Shown here piece after piece: positions 42,140-52,544 of a DNA stretch of 64,000 nt. Position numbers and translations under genes: made by a program. The notes under the pieces are model-generated. The model had not been told where the DNA came from and made no database searches. It saw nothing but the letters and a program-made list of their open reading frames with translations. How positions within the stretch are numbered: the stretch's first letter is position 1; each line of letters starts with the position of its first letter. The stretch is from an uncultured Corynebacterium sp. Lineage in GTDB: Bacteria; Actinomycetota; Actinomycetes; Mycobacteriales; Mycobacteriaceae. Where the stretch lies: assembly GCF_946222835.1 (NCBI RefSeq), contig NZ_CAMIHD010000002.1, positions 45,114-109,113 on the forward strand. The letters are read 5' to 3'.

Positions 42140-42747
42140 CCGAGCGTGCCAAGATGGTCGCGCTATTTCATAAGCTTGGACCCGATGCCCTTACCTTGTG
42201 TGAGGGTTGGACTACTCGCGACTTGGCCGTGCATCTGTGGGTGCGAGAAAATCGCCCCGTCGCAGCCGCCGGAATCTTTATCAACGCACTGTCTGGTCAG
42301 CTGGAGAAGGAATCACGTACGGCGGCTGAGCGTGATTTTGATGAGCTGGTTGATGACTGGGGGAGGGGGCCGGCCACCTATAATCCGGTTCGTTTTGTGG
42401 AGGCTCAGCAAAATTTCGTGGAGCATTTTGTGCACCACGAGGATATGCGTCGGGCTAATGGAATGGGTCCGCGGGATTTCTCCGCCCGGATCAAGCAGCA
42501 AATGCATAGCTACCTGAAACCCTTAGCTAAGGCGGCCCTGCGAAAATCCACCCGCCCAGTCATTATCCAGCCCGAAGGCTTGCCCCGCATTGTCGCAGCG
42601 GATAAGCATCACGTGGCCGACAAGGGCGATGCCGTAGTCAGAGTGACAGGCGAGGTTGGCGAGCTCATCCTGTGGTCCTTTGGGCGGGAGGCTGCCGAAG
42701 TTTCAGTCGAGGGAGATGCCACGGCCATCGTAAAGTCAACTTTCTAA
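42124..42747 (+). CDS. DinB/YfiT-like (mycothiol-dependent maleylpyruvate isomerase N-terminal domain / TIGR03085-like) protein
   Basis: About 205-aa ORF with a His-containing four-helix bundle signature (HLWVRE ... HHEDM). The start is ambiguous between 42112 and 42124. Confidence 0.55.
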   Translation: MSFSSAERAKMVALFHKLGPDALTLCEGWTTRDLAVHLWVRENRPVAAAGIFINALSGQLEKESRTAAERDFDELVDDWGRGPATYNPVRFVEAQQNFVEHFVHHEDMRRANGMGPRDFSARIKQQMHSYLKPLAKAALRKSTRPVIIQPEGLPRIVAADKHHVADKGDAVVRVTGEVGELILWSFGREAAEVSVEGDATAIVKSTF

Positions 42748-42877
42748 TCTTGATCTAGCTATCAATACTGAAGTCCTCGCTGCATGAGGGTGATGTCTCG
42801 TCAGGCTGTGGAGCTAAGCGCTAAAGAAACGCGTGTGGCTAATGTGATTTATGGGGTGGCGCGGTTAGAGTAGATGC

Positions 42878-45800
42878 ATGTCTGTCAAAAATGCCTCTTC
42901 GCGCGGGACGCGCCGAAAGTCGAATCGTTCACGGCCATCCGGCCGCAGCCGGTCCGGTGCTGGCATGCCGGAGACCTTGGCCATGACGTCTTCGCATCAG
43001 CGCGCAGCGGCGACCTCGCAGGAGCGCACGGGGAGTGCGTTCCGGGCCGTTGGCAAGGGCTTGGGCGCGGCATTTGGCGCCACGGCTCGCGGTATGGGAA
43101 ATATGGCGCGAGGCATAAGTCATGGAATGGCTGGGCTCAAGCCCAGCGAAGATGCATATGACACTAAGGAGTACGAGACGACGAGGGAGCCGGAAGAAAT
43201 TTCTGCACGCGGGGAGAAAAAGAAGCAAAGCAAGGTTACTCGTGCGCGCGACGTAGATACGGAAGAAGACTTTTCCGCTATGGAAGTGGGCGAGTCAGAA
43301 GCGCGCGGCATTCAGGTAAAAAATCCCGATGCGGTAGCACTGGTGCTTATCGGTATTGCCATCGTGCTCGCGGCCACGGTCTGGTTCGGTGTCGCCGGCC
43401 AAGTAGGCGCCTGGGTGGGTAACATCGTGCGCTATGTCATTGGTGCGGGCGCATGGGTGCTTCCGGTGGCCCTAGTAGCTTTGGCCATCGCCCTTATGAT
43501 GGATATTTCCGGCCCTGCGGGTCACTTCAAACCGCGCATTGTGGGCGGAGTCAGTATCATCGTCTTGGCCATGCTGAGCCTCATCCATATCTTTGCTGGA
43601 ACCCCTGAGCTTGGCTTTACCCCGGACAGCGCTGGTGGTGCTGGCGGTGTTATCGGCTACGGCATCGGTGGCCTTTTGGAAACTGCCTTCACGTCCTTCG
43701 TTGCCGTGCCATTGCTTTTTCTGGTGATAATTTACGGCGCTTTGCTGGTCACCGGGATTACCATCCGCGAGGCCTACGAGTTGGTGGCCGATGCCATTGG
43801 TGCGGCTTTCTCACGCTTCGGCGGAGCCGAGGATGACTTTTATGACGATGAAGGTGATGACCTTTATAGCCACGTCACCGGCGATATCGATGACATTGCA
43901 GAAGGCCGCGAGCGCAGCGAACGGCCCGCACGACCTGTGACCAAGCGCCGTTCCTCTGAACGTGGTGGAAGCCTACGCGCTTTCCGACGCTCCTCCGAAG
44001 ACCCTGCCCCGCATGGTTCCTCTTGTCCGGTAGATTCCCCCGCTGCGGCAGAGGAGGAACACGCAACCCGCACCTTCAGTGCGCCAAAGCGCGGTGGTTT
44101 CCAGACTGTATCCAACTCGGCCGATAAGCCGGCAGAGCGCGAGATGGGGGATACCGATGAGATCCCAGTGGTAGAAGACACCGCTGTTTCTTCGCCCGCT
44201 CAGCCAGGGTCCGCGGATCCGGAACCAACCCGTGATTTGGGCACCGCACGTCAGCGTCCTGCTTCTAATTCTTCTCGCTCTGCTGCCGCAGCGGGTTCCG
44301 CTGCAGGCTCCGCTGTGGGTTCGGTTACTGGCGCGGCGGCCGGCGCTGCTGGTGCGGCAAGTGGCACAGCCAAGACTGCTGCCGCCGGAGCTGCAGGTGC
44401 CGCTGGTGCGGCAGCAGCCGGTGCTGCTGCAGGTGCTGCCGGCGCCGCAGCGGAAGGAGGTGCGGATGCGGTGTCATCCGCACACGAGAAGGCTCGCCAA
44501 CTCTTCCGTGAGCGTTCCGGGCGCGACGCCACGACCGGCGCGCAAGTGGATAACGCTGAGCCTGCTCCCGAAACCGCAGGAGCGACGAACTCTACAGCTG
44601 CTCCTGCACCTGCTGCGCAGTTTGGTAACGAGAATTACGCGGTTCCCAGTACTGACTTGCTGACTCCGGGGACTCCGGCCAAAGAGCGTACCGAGATTAA
44701 TGACCGTATTATCGAGGCCATCACCGATGTCTTCGAAGAGTTCAAGGTGGATGCCCAAGTAACCGGCTTCAGCCGTGGTCCGACAGTGACCCGCTATGAA
44801 ATCGAGCTGGGGCCAGGCGTCAAGGTATCCAAGATTACGAACCTACAATCCAACTTGGCCTACGCTGTGGCCACGGATAATCTGCGCTTGTTGACGCCTA
44901 TTCCAGGCAAATCCGCAGTTGGTATCGAGGTTCCGAACCCCGACCGCGAAATGGTTCACCTGCGCGAGGTGCTGGATGCGCCAGCCATGACCAGCTCGCC
45001 AGACCCTATGCTCATCGGATTGGGCAAGGACATTGAAGGCGAATACACCTCCTTCTCAGTACAGAAAATGCCGCACTTGTTGGTCGCTGGTGCTACCGGT
45101 TCGGGTAAGTCCGCCTTCGTAAACTCCATGTTGGTCTCGCTGCTTACCCGCGCTACCCCAGAGCAGGTTCGCCTCATCCTGGTGGATCCAAAGATGGTGG
45201 AGCTTACCCCGTACGAGGGTATTCCGCACCTGATTACGCCCATCATCACTCAGCCAAAGAAGGCGGCGGCTGCCTTGCAGTGGCTGGTGGAGGAGATGGA
45301 GCAGCGCTACATGGATATGAAGGCTGCTCGTGTGCGCAAGATCGAGGACTATAACCGCAAGGTTGTCTCCGGTGAATACCAAGCGCCCGCAGGTTCCGAG
45401 CGCGAGGTTCGCCCGTACCCGTACATTGTCTGCGTCGTCGACGAGCTGGCCGACCTCATGATGACCGCGCCGAAGGAGATCGAGGACTCCATCGTCCGCA
45501 TCACCCAGAAAGCGCGTGCCGCCGGTATTCACCTCGTGCTGGCAACCCAGCGCCCGTCCGTGGACGTGGTTACCGGTTTGATCAAGACCAATGTGCCTTC
45601 GCGCTTGGCCTTCGCCACATCTTCGCTGACGGACTCTCGCGTCATCTTGGATCAAGGCGGAGCTGAGAAGCTCATTGGTATGGGCGATGGCCTCTTTATC
45701 CCGCAGGGTAAGCGGCCGGTGCGCATGCAGGGCGCGTTCGTTTCAGATGATGAGGTCATGGCCGTCGTTGATGCCGCGAAGTCTCAGGCTGCGCCGAACT

Positions 45801-46270
45801 ACACCGAGGGCGTGACTGAAGAAAAGCAGTCCGAGGCCAAGCAGGAAATCGACGAGGAAATTGGCAAGGATATGGATGACCTCCTCGAGGCCGTCGAGCT
45901 GGTTGTCACTGCCCAATTGGGATCTACTTCTATGTTGCAGCGTAAGCTGCGCATTGGCTTTGCCAAGGCTGGCCGCCTAATGGATCTCATGGAATCCCGT
46001 GGTGTTGTCGGTCCATCCGAGGGCTCAAAGGCCCGCGAAGTGCTTGTGAAGCCGGAAGAGCTCGATACCATCATTTGGATGATTAAGGGCGCCGATCCGG
46101 CTGAGGCCCCGAAGGAGATTCAGGAAGAGATGCAGCAGCAGGAGCAGAATGAAGCGGCAGCTTCCTCCGATGCCGATGCTCCCGCACCCTCCGATTCCTC
46201 CCCGCAAGGCGATGCTGGTGATACCCGTACCGTCCAGGCAACGTATAACCCTTCGGCAGGCGCCTTTTAA
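42878..46270 (+). CDS. ftsK: DNA translocase FtsK
   Basis: N-terminal TM segments, a long Ala/Gly-rich linker, a C-terminal motor with Walker A GATGSGKS and a gamma domain. 1130 aa. Confidence 0.9.
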   Translation: MSVKNASSRGTRRKSNRSRPSGRSRSGAGMPETLAMTSSHQRAAATSQERTGSAFRAVGKGLGAAFGATARGMGNMARGISHGMAGLKPSEDAYDTKEYETTREPEEISARGEKKKQSKVTRARDVDTEEDFSAMEVGESEARGIQVKNPDAVALVLIGIAIVLAATVWFGVAGQVGAWVGNIVRYVIGAGAWVLPVALVALAIALMMDISGPAGHFKPRIVGGVSIIVLAMLSLIHIFAGTPELGFTPDSAGGAGGVIGYGIGGLLETAFTSFVAVPLLFLVIIYGALLVTGITIREAYELVADAIGAAFSRFGGAEDDFYDDEGDDLYSHVTGDIDDIAEGRERSERPARPVTKRRSSERGGSLRAFRRSSEDPAPHGSSCPVDSPAAAEEEHATRTFSAPKRGGFQTVSNSADKPAEREMGDTDEIPVVEDTAVSSPAQPGSADPEPTRDLGTARQRPASNSSRSAAAAGSAAGSAVGSVTGAAAGAAGAASGTAKTAAAGAAGAAGAAAAGAAAGAAGAAAEGGADAVSSAHEKARQLFRERSGRDATTGAQVDNAEPAPETAGATNSTAAPAPAAQFGNENYAVPSTDLLTPGTPAKERTEINDRIIEAITDVFEEFKVDAQVTGFSRGPTVTRYEIELGPGVKVSKITNLQSNLAYAVATDNLRLLTPIPGKSAVGIEVPNPDREMVHLREVLDAPAMTSSPDPMLIGLGKDIEGEYTSFSVQKMPHLLVAGATGSGKSAFVNSMLVSLLTRATPEQVRLILVDPKMVELTPYEGIPHLITPIITQPKKAAAALQWLVEEMEQRYMDMKAARVRKIEDYNRKVVSGEYQAPAGSEREVRPYPYIVCVVDELADLMMTAPKEIEDSIVRITQKARAAGIHLVLATQRPSVDVVTGLIKTNVPSRLAFATSSLTDSRVILDQGGAEKLIGMGDGLFIPQGKRPVRMQGAFVSDDEVMAVVDAAKSQAAPNYTEGVTEEKQSEAKQEIDEEIGKDMDDLLEAVELVVTAQLGSTSMLQRKLRIGFAKAGRLMDLMESRGVVGPSEGSKAREVLVKPEELDTIIWMIKGADPAEAPKEIQEEMQQQEQNEAAASSDADAPAPSDSSPQGDAGDTRTVQATYNPSAGAF

Positions 46271-46284
46271 GATCGTGTAGAGTT

Positions 46285-46430
46285 GGACGAGTCTTGGAGG
46301 GGAGTACCCCATTTTTCGGTATCGATCGTCAGCACGGAAGCGTCAAGCTCCCGGTCGTGCCGGCCCGGCTGCTTTGTAGTCGGGCGGGGGAGACCTCCGG
46401 TCATTTTGTTGTATCTTCGACCGGAGGGAT
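46285..46430 (+). ncRNA. candidate yybP-ykoY (Mn2+) riboswitch in the terC leader
   Basis: The 166-nt leader contains CUUGGAGGGGAGUACC (46293-46308), which resembles the conserved GGGGAGUA segment of the yybP-ykoY motif. It also contains a downstream GGUCAUUUUGUUGUAUC segment and extensive pairing potential. TerC-family genes are the most common downstream genes of this riboswitch. Confidence 0.5.
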
Positions 46431-46436
46431 GTACCA

Positions 46437-47558
46437 ATGCATGTGCCATTGTGGATCTGGGCGATTTCCATCGTCGTTATTTTGGGATTCTTTGTTTTTG
46501 ACTTCTACTCTCACGTGCGCACCCCGCACGAGCCAACGCTGAAGGAATCCGGGTTTTGGACCCTGTTCTATGTAGGTGTTGCTCTTCTCTTTGGTGCTGG
46601 TGTGTGGGTCATTTGGGACCACGAACACGGCATTCAATACCTCACGGGTTACGTGACCGAAAAGGCGCTATCAGTAGACAACCTCTTTGTCTTCGCGCTC
46701 ATCATGGGGGCCTTCAAAATCCCGCGCAAGTACCAGCAGAAGGTATTGCTCATCGGAATCGTCATTGCCTTGGCGTGCCGATTAGTATTTATCCTCTTGG
46801 GTGCTGCGGTCATTGCTGCTTGGTCCGATATTTTCTATCTCTTTGCACTATTTCTCATTTACACGGCGATTAAGCTTATCGTCGATGAGGTTCGCGATGC
46901 CCCTGAGACCGATCCCAATGACATGGGCATCATCAAACTGATCCGCAAGGTAGTCCACGTCACTCCGCGCTACCACGGGGATAAGCTCACGCACCGCGTG
47001 GAGAATTCCGCCGGTAAGCGTAAATTTGCCTTTACCCCGCTTTTTATTGCGCTGGTTTCCATTGGTCTCGTTGACGTGATGTTTGCCTTTGACTCCATTC
47101 CGGCTATCTACGGCATTACTTCAGAGGCGTTTTTGGTCTTTACCACCAACGCATTCTCCCTTATGGGATTGCGCCAGATGTATTTCCTGCTTGATGGCCT
47201 GCTTGATCGCCTGGTGTACCTGCCTTATGGTTTGGGCATCATCTTGGGCTTTATTGGTGTCAAGCTGTTATTCCACGCGCTGCATGAGAATAACTTGCCG
47301 TTTATTAACGGCGGCGAGAACGTGGAGGCCATTCCAGAGTTTTCCACTATCACCTCCCTCATAGTGATCGTAGGTGTACTGGTTATTACGGTGATCGCCT
47401 CGATTATTAAAAATAAGCGAGATGAGAACCAAGGCGGAGTGCCGGTATCGCACAATCACTTTGACTGGGACGAGGAAGGCAATAAGATCGTTCGCAATAA
47501 GAAGGGCGAAATCCTGGGCAAGGCCGAAGACCTGCCCAAAGAGGAATTGCCGCACTAA
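46437..47558 (+). CDS. TerC-family integral membrane protein
   Basis: 373-aa ORF with multiple TM helices, the TerC signature and a C-terminal cytoplasmic tail. Confidence 0.85.
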   Translation: MHVPLWIWAISIVVILGFFVFDFYSHVRTPHEPTLKESGFWTLFYVGVALLFGAGVWVIWDHEHGIQYLTGYVTEKALSVDNLFVFALIMGAFKIPRKYQQKVLLIGIVIALACRLVFILLGAAVIAAWSDIFYLFALFLIYTAIKLIVDEVRDAPETDPNDMGIIKLIRKVVHVTPRYHGDKLTHRVENSAGKRKFAFTPLFIALVSIGLVDVMFAFDSIPAIYGITSEAFLVFTTNAFSLMGLRQMYFLLDGLLDRLVYLPYGLGIILGFIGVKLLFHALHENNLPFINGGENVEAIPEFSTITSLIVIVGVLVITVIASIIKNKRDENQGGVPVSHNHFDWDEEGNKIVRNKKGEILGKAEDLPKEELPH

Positions 47559-47869
47559 AAGCGAGCGTTCACAGGATTCCATTCGCGGAAGCTATGGCCG
47601 GTGATGCAGCCGGCCTGATAAAATGGGTCTTTGTCCATTAGGGCGATGGCATCAGCAACCACGGCGTCGTCGTCAAGTGCCACGATGATAAGCGCGCCTC
47701 CCTTGGAATCTGTCAGGGGGCCGGTGGCAATAATGGTGCCCTCTTCAAAAAGCTGCGCGGTAAATTCGCGGTGCGCTGGGCGGGCCTTGGCGATCTCTGG
47801 ATTAGTGGGGTTGTAGTCGTAGCTAACTGCAAAATACTTCATGCTGTGCATTTTAGTTTGCAGGGGCAT
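47555..47869 (-). CDS. YciI-like small protein
   Basis: About 100-aa ORF, MKYFAVSYDY..., a YciI/DGPF-like fold signature. It converges on terC with a 4-nt overlap. Confidence 0.6.
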   Translation of the reverse strand: MPLQTKMHSMKYFAVSYDYNPTNPEIAKARPAHREFTAQLFEEGTIIATGPLTDSKGGALIIVALDDDAVVADAIALMDKDPFYQAGCITGHSFREWNPVNARF

Positions 47870-47886
47870 CTAAGCGCAGGCCCTTA

Positions 47887-48486
47887 GTGCTAACGGGTAG
47901 TATGTATAACGTGAATCAACCCGGAAAACAGTCAGCGCAATCCTCGGATGTGAATCCGCAGGTGTCCAAATGGAACCTGCCAAATATTCTCACGAGCCTG
48001 CGCATTCTATTCATTCCGGTATTTGCATGGCTGGTCATCGCAGACCATGAATGGTGGGCTTTTGGCCTATTTGCAGCGCTAATGTTGACCGATAAGCTCG
48101 ACGGCGACATTGCCCGCGCCCGCGGCCTTATCACTAACTTCGGCAAAATCGCCGATCCCATCGCGGATAAAGCGCTTATGACCACTGCACTGGTCTGCCT
48201 CAATATTATTGGGGTATTGCCGGTGTGGATTACTGTTGTCATCCTCATCCGTGAATTCGGTATCACCATCTGGCGAATGGTTTTGCTGCGCCGCGGAAAG
48301 GTAGTGCCTGCCTCCAAGGGAGGCAAGTTGAAGACCGTTCTGCAATCTGTGGCTGTCGGGCTGTACCTGTGGCCGCTGCCGGAGTGGATGAACCTACCTA
48401 CCTTCCTAATCATGCTGTTGGCAGCAGCGGTGACTGTGGTTACCGGCGTGCAGTATCTCATCGACGGCAAAAAGCAGAATAGCTAG
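47887..48486 (+). CDS. pgsA: CDP-diacylglycerol--glycerol-3-phosphate 3-phosphatidyltransferase
   Basis: CDP-alcohol phosphatidyltransferase motif DKLDGDIAR...G...D...D with 4 TM helices. Confidence 0.85.
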   Translation: MLTGSMYNVNQPGKQSAQSSDVNPQVSKWNLPNILTSLRILFIPVFAWLVIADHEWWAFGLFAALMLTDKLDGDIARARGLITNFGKIADPIADKALMTTALVCLNIIGVLPVWITVVILIREFGITIWRMVLLRRGKVVPASKGGKLKTVLQSVAVGLYLWPLPEWMNLPTFLIMLLAAAVTVVTGVQYLIDGKKQNS

Positions 48487-48493
48487 GCAGGCC

Positions 48494-48991
48494 ATGAGCA
48501 CTTCGGCGGCCGGTCTGGTATCGGAGCTCACCCAGCGTGGCGAGACCCTGTCCTTCTGTGAGTCACTTACTGCTGGCTTGGCCAGCGCTACGGTAGCGTC
48601 CGTTCCCGGCGCATCGGCTGTGTTATGCGGAGGCCTCATAACATATGCCACCGAAGTGAAATCCCACTTCTTGCGCCAATCTATCGCTGATATCGAGGCC
48701 GTCGGCGTGGTTTCTGGGGAAACCGCTCTGGCTATGGCGCGTGCCGCAGTGGCAGAAACCGATGCAGACTGGGGGATAGGCCTTACCGGAGTCGCGGGCC
48801 CAGACCGCCAAGAGGGCAAGCCAGCGGGCACGGTCTACATTGGAATTTACTCCCCTCATAAAGTTGCTTTCTCTCAGCTGCTTGCTGGAATAGGGAAAGA
48901 ACGAAATGAGATCCGAGAGGCCACGGTGGCAGCGGCGTTGCGGCTCCTAGGTACAGCTTTGGAAGAAAATCCGGTAGGGCGGGAACAATAA
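48494..48991 (+). CDS. cinA: CinA C-terminal domain protein (nicotinamide-nucleotide amidohydrolase PncC-like)
   Basis: 165-aa ORF with CESLTAGL and GIGLTGVAGP motifs; the classic pgsA-cinA pairing. Confidence 0.8.
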   Translation: MSTSAAGLVSELTQRGETLSFCESLTAGLASATVASVPGASAVLCGGLITYATEVKSHFLRQSIADIEAVGVVSGETALAMARAAVAETDADWGIGLTGVAGPDRQEGKPAGTVYIGIYSPHKVAFSQLLAGIGKERNEIREATVAAALRLLGTALEENPVGREQ

Positions 48992-49005
48992 CGAAAAGAG
49001 GGGCG

Positions 49006-49380
49006 TTGACTATAGTGATGAACATTTCTACTGCAGTCCTCGAACACTCGGTAACCGGCGCCGCAACACCGGCGGCGCCCAGCACTGCTCGTACCCCTGA
49101 GCCGCTTTTGCGCGAAGCCCTTGGGTTGACGCTGCGCGCCTTCCGCGCGGACAAGGGAGTGACCTTGCGTGAATTAGCTGGAGTAGCCCGCGTATCGCCA
49201 GGGTATCTCTCAGAGCTGGAACGCGGTCGCAAGGAGGTCTCCTCCGAACTTCTCGCGTCTGTATGCCACGCGCTAGGTTGCTCGGTGTCTGACGTACTGA
49301 TCGAAGCCGCCGGCTACATGGCCCTTCCTTCCATGGATGAGGAGCTTGCCCACACGGCGCCTGCCGCATCAGAACTCTAG
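49006..49380 (+). CDS. clgR: XRE-family HTH transcriptional regulator, ClgR-like
   Basis: HTH LRELAGVARVSPGYLSELERGRKEVS. It sits upstream of pspA, as in Mtb Rv2745c-Rv2744c. The start is uncertain. Confidence 0.65.
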   Translation: MTIVMNISTAVLEHSVTGAATPAAPSTARTPEPLLREALGLTLRAFRADKGVTLRELAGVARVSPGYLSELERGRKEVSSELLASVCHALGCSVSDVLIEAAGYMALPSMDEELAHTAPAASEL

Positions 49381-49568
49381 AACACCGCGGTGATCGCTGC
49401 GCCTGTAGCCGGTCTTGTCCATGGGAGGAGGCCTGCTGAGGTGATTATGGGGGGCGTCGCCAAGCCTCGGCGAAAGTGGGGAGTGCAAGCGGCGGAAACG
49501 GCGCTTCGCTACTATAAATTGCAGAACAAAACGCACGTATATTTAGCCAAGGAAGGTTGAAGCACACC

Positions 49569-50429
49569 ATGGCGAACCCATTTGTTAAGGCTTGGAAGTA
49601 CCTGATGGCCCTCTTCGATAACAAGATCGAGGAAAACGCCGATCCGAAGGTACAAATCGAGCAAGCCATCGAGGAAGCTCAGCGTCAACACCAGGAGCTA
49701 TCTCAGCAGGCGGCTGCCGTGATTGGCAACCAGCGTCAGCTGGAGATGCAGCTCAACCGCCGCCTGTCTGAGGTGGAGAAGCTGCAGGGGAATGCTCGCC
49801 AGGCTCTGGAATTGGCCGACCAGGCCCGTGCCAAGGGTGATGAGAACAAAGCCGTAGAATACGAAAATGCAGCCGAGGCTTTCGCCGCCCAGTTGGTGAC
49901 TGCGGAGGAATCCGTAGAAGATACCAAGAAGTTGCACGATCAAGCGCTGCAGCAGGCCGAAAAGGCCAAGCACGCGGTTCAGCGCAACAACGCCGCGCTG
50001 CGTGAAAAGGTCAATGAACGCTCCAAGCTGCTCTCCCAGCTGGAGCAAGCAAAGATGCAGGAAAAGGTTTCCGAGTCTTTGAACTCCATGAACGAGCTGA
50101 CCGCTAATGGCAACACCCCGTCCCTGGATTCTGTACGCGATAAGATCGAGCGCCGCTATTCCAAGGCATTGGGCCAAGCCGAGCTTGCAGAAAACTCTGT
50201 GGAAAACCGCATGGCGGAGGTGCAGCAGGCCGGCGTGCAGATGGCCGGCCACTCCCGTTTGGAGCAGATTCGTAGCGAAATGAACTCCTCCAAGTCCGTG
50301 GAAGGTAACAAAACCCAGGCTATTGAGGGCAATAAAGCCCCCGGCTCTGCTGCCGATAACGCGGCGCAGCCTGGCACCGCTGCCGACGAGGCGGTGCAGG
50401 CCCGCTTGCGTGAGTTGCGCGGAGAATAA
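49569..50429 (+). CDS. pspA: PspA/IM30 family protein (35-kDa antigen homolog)
   Basis: [17 protein letters not shown]-terminus with a long coiled-coil. The start was moved from TTG 49557 to ATG 49569. Confidence 0.85.
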   Translation: MANPFVKAWKYLMALFDNKIEENADPKVQIEQAIEEAQRQHQELSQQAAAVIGNQRQLEMQLNRRLSEVEKLQGNARQALELADQARAKGDENKAVEYENAAEAFAAQLVTAEESVEDTKKLHDQALQQAEKAKHAVQRNNAALREKVNERSKLLSQLEQAKMQEKVSESLNSMNELTANGNTPSLDSVRDKIERRYSKALGQAELAENSVENRMAEVQQAGVQMAGHSRLEQIRSEMNSSKSVEGNKTQAIEGNKAPGSAADNAAQPGTAADEAVQARLRELRGE

Positions 50430-50448
50430 AGCCACAACTTCTTAGAGA

Positions 50449-50499
50449 TTACCGCCTTCCCCGAGAAAATCTCCCGGCCACGGAAGGCGGTATTTTTAG
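50449..50499. terminator. Rho-independent terminator between pspA (+) and bioN (-)
   Basis: ACCGCCTTCC ... GGAAGGCGGT followed by ATTTTTAG. Confidence 0.65.
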
Positions 50500-50502
50500 C
50501 TC

Positions 50503-51123
50503 TTAGTCGCCGACGCCTCGGGCTTGTAGCGCTTCACCCATGGCCCGTGCACGCCGGATAGAGCGAATGATGACCGGGGTGCCAAATGCCAGTGGCGACA
50601 TGCCAGCACCGCGCGCTTTGCGGGCATCAAGAACCTCATAGACGGTTTCAAACATGAGCGGGATGAGCCGAATCGTCAGTGACATGGCTAGGCTGATGTT
50701 TTCTACCGGCACACCTAGTCGCTCAAGCGGCTGCAGCGATTCTTCTAAAGACTCCATGATGGCGTCCACAGTGGACGTAAGCGTCAGCAAGAAAGCGGCC
50801 ATCATGGCAGCGAAGACATTGAGGAACATCACCGCCGCATAATCGAAGTCCTTTGCCCACCATTGAAAGCCTGCCAAGGGAACTAAGAATAGCAGCGGTG
50901 GCCACACTTGGCTCCAAGCAATGCGCAGTGGAATCCGGGCGCAGGCATAGAGAATGACAACAAAGATGACACCGCCAGCTGCCCACGGAATGGACTTGAA
51001 AAAGAGGCTGGTGACCAGAATAAAAACGAGTAGGAATGCGATCTTCCAGCTGGGTTTGAGCCGGTGAACAAAGCTGGTGCCGTCAACATAGACCGAGAGC
51101 GGGAGATTCGTGCGTCGCTGCAT
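50503..51123 (-). CDS. bioN: ECF transporter T component (BioN/CbiQ family)
   Basis: 206-aa membrane protein with a conserved EcfT C-terminal ARG motif region; last gene of the bioYMN-type operon. Confidence 0.75.
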   Translation of the reverse strand: MQRRTNLPLSVYVDGTSFVHRLKPSWKIAFLLVFILVTSLFFKSIPWAAGGVIFVVILYACARIPLRIAWSQVWPPLLFLVPLAGFQWWAKDFDYAAVMFLNVFAAMMAAFLLTLTSTVDAIMESLEESLQPLERLGVPVENISLAMSLTIRLIPLMFETVYEVLDARKARGAGMSPLAFGTPVIIRSIRRARAMGEALQARGVGD

Positions 51124-51134
51124 GGCAATCCTTC

Positions 51135-51827
51135 CTACAGCTGCCGCTGGGCCATGAGGTTTTGGTAGAAGTCTATGACCTCCGCTGGTTGTCCATCAGC
51201 GGCGATGCGATGGTCATCGATGCAGATGACACGATCAAAATCGCGGAGAAAATCCAGATCGTGGGTGACCACAATCAGCTGCTGCTCCAGCCGTGCGAAC
51301 TCCCTTTTGATTCGGTCGCGGTTGCGCAGATCCAGCAGGGTAGTGGGCTCATCAGCGATGATGAGAATGGGATCAATAACCATGACGGCTGCCAGCGCGA
51401 GGAGCTGCTTTTGTCCGCCGGAAAGTGTATGCGGTGAGCGCTCGGCAAGCTCTCCGAGCCCAAAACGCTCAAGAGCAGCATCTACTCGGGCGGTGCGCTC
51501 GTGTTTGGGCAATTTAAAGCGGCGTAGCGAAAATGCCACGTCATCGCGCACATTGGGCATCACAATCTGATTTTCGGCGTCCGAAAAAACAAAGCCTACT
51601 TTTTCGCGCACCTTTTTGCCCTGCTTGGCGACGTCCATCTGGTCCACCGTCACCGTACCCTTACTGGGCTCTCCTAGGCCGTTAATGAGCCTAGTCAGCG
51701 TGGATTTTCCGCCACCATTCTGGCCGATTATGCCTATGCGCTGTTCAGTAAGCGTGAGGTTGATGCCCTCAAGCACGACGGTGCCATCAAAAGCTACCGT
51801 GACCGAGGAAAAATCGATGGTGGGCAC
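51135..51827 (-). CDS. bioM: ECF transporter ATPase component
   Basis: Walker A GQNGGGKST, signature LSGGQKQ and Walker B IIADEP. Confidence 0.85.
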   Translation of the reverse strand: MPTIDFSSVTVAFDGTVVLEGINLTLTEQRIGIIGQNGGGKSTLTRLINGLGEPSKGTVTVDQMDVAKQGKKVREKVGFVFSDAENQIVMPNVRDDVAFSLRRFKLPKHERTARVDAALERFGLGELAERSPHTLSGGQKQLLALAAVMVIDPILIIADEPTTLLDLRNRDRIKREFARLEQQLIVVTHDLDFLRDFDRVICIDDHRIAADGQPAEVIDFYQNLMAQRQL

Positions 51828-52390
51828 TAGGAGGCCTTTCGTCCCATTAGATCGGGGAAAGCTGCATGGACACCGAGGGCGATAATGACGGCTACGACAA
51901 GCTTCGCGGCATCTACAGGAATGAAGGGCAGCTGGGCGGCAAAGGCCGGTCCAATCTCCAAGCCGGAGCGGATCATGAGGCCAAAGGCACCGCAGGTGTA
52001 CTGGACAGCGAGGCCGACAATGGCAGCAACGGCGAGTACGAGGGTCAGGCCGCCCTTGTTCTTAGGGGAGCGGTAGGCGATAGCGCCGGAAATGGCCGGG
52101 GAAAGAACGTAGCCGATGATATAGCCCGCAGTAGGCCCCGCCAGTGCGCGCAGCGTGGTTCCGCCACCGGCCAAAACGGGAAGGGCAAGGCCCAAAAACA
52201 AGAAAAGGGCACCTACGTATCCGCCGCGTTTGCCGCCCAAGATTAAGCCGGCGAGGATAAGCGCTGCATTTTGCAGCACAATGGGCACGCCTGCCGAGCC
52301 GATGGGAATGGAAACGAATGCGAGGACAATGACAAGGGCGGTAAACACCGCAACATAAGCAATGGTGGTGGCCAGAGAGTTCTTTTTCAT
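51827..52390 (-). CDS. bioY: biotin transporter S component BioY
   Basis: 187-aa ORF with 5-6 TM helices and the BioY signature (IPIGSAGVPIVLQNAALILAG). Confidence 0.85.
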   Translation of the reverse strand: MKKNSLATTIAYVAVFTALVIVLAFVSIPIGSAGVPIVLQNAALILAGLILGGKRGGYVGALFLFLGLALPVLAGGGTTLRALAGPTAGYIIGYVLSPAISGAIAYRSPKNKGGLTLVLAVAAIVGLAVQYTCGAFGLMIRSGLEIGPAFAAQLPFIPVDAAKLVVAVIIALGVHAAFPDLMGRKAS

Positions 52391-52437
52391 GATGAAGAGG
52401 TTAGCACTGCATGAAAACTGCAGACAATTATAGGTTT

Positions 52438-52450
52438 TGAACGATGTTCA
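52438..52450. promoter_or_regulatory. palindromic operator TGAACGATGTTCA upstream of bioY (BioQ-type TGAAC-N3-GTTCA)
   Basis: A perfect 5-3-5 inverted repeat lies 48 nt upstream of the bioY start. It matches my recollection of the C. glutamicum BioQ operator consensus. Confidence 0.45.
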
Positions 52451-52544
52451 CCTAGGGGTCTAAGAAGCGTGCCAAAGGAAAGGCGGTGGACTAACAGCTA
52501 GCCTTTACCGAGCTGCTGGCGCGGCCTGCCGCACACTGAGTAGG

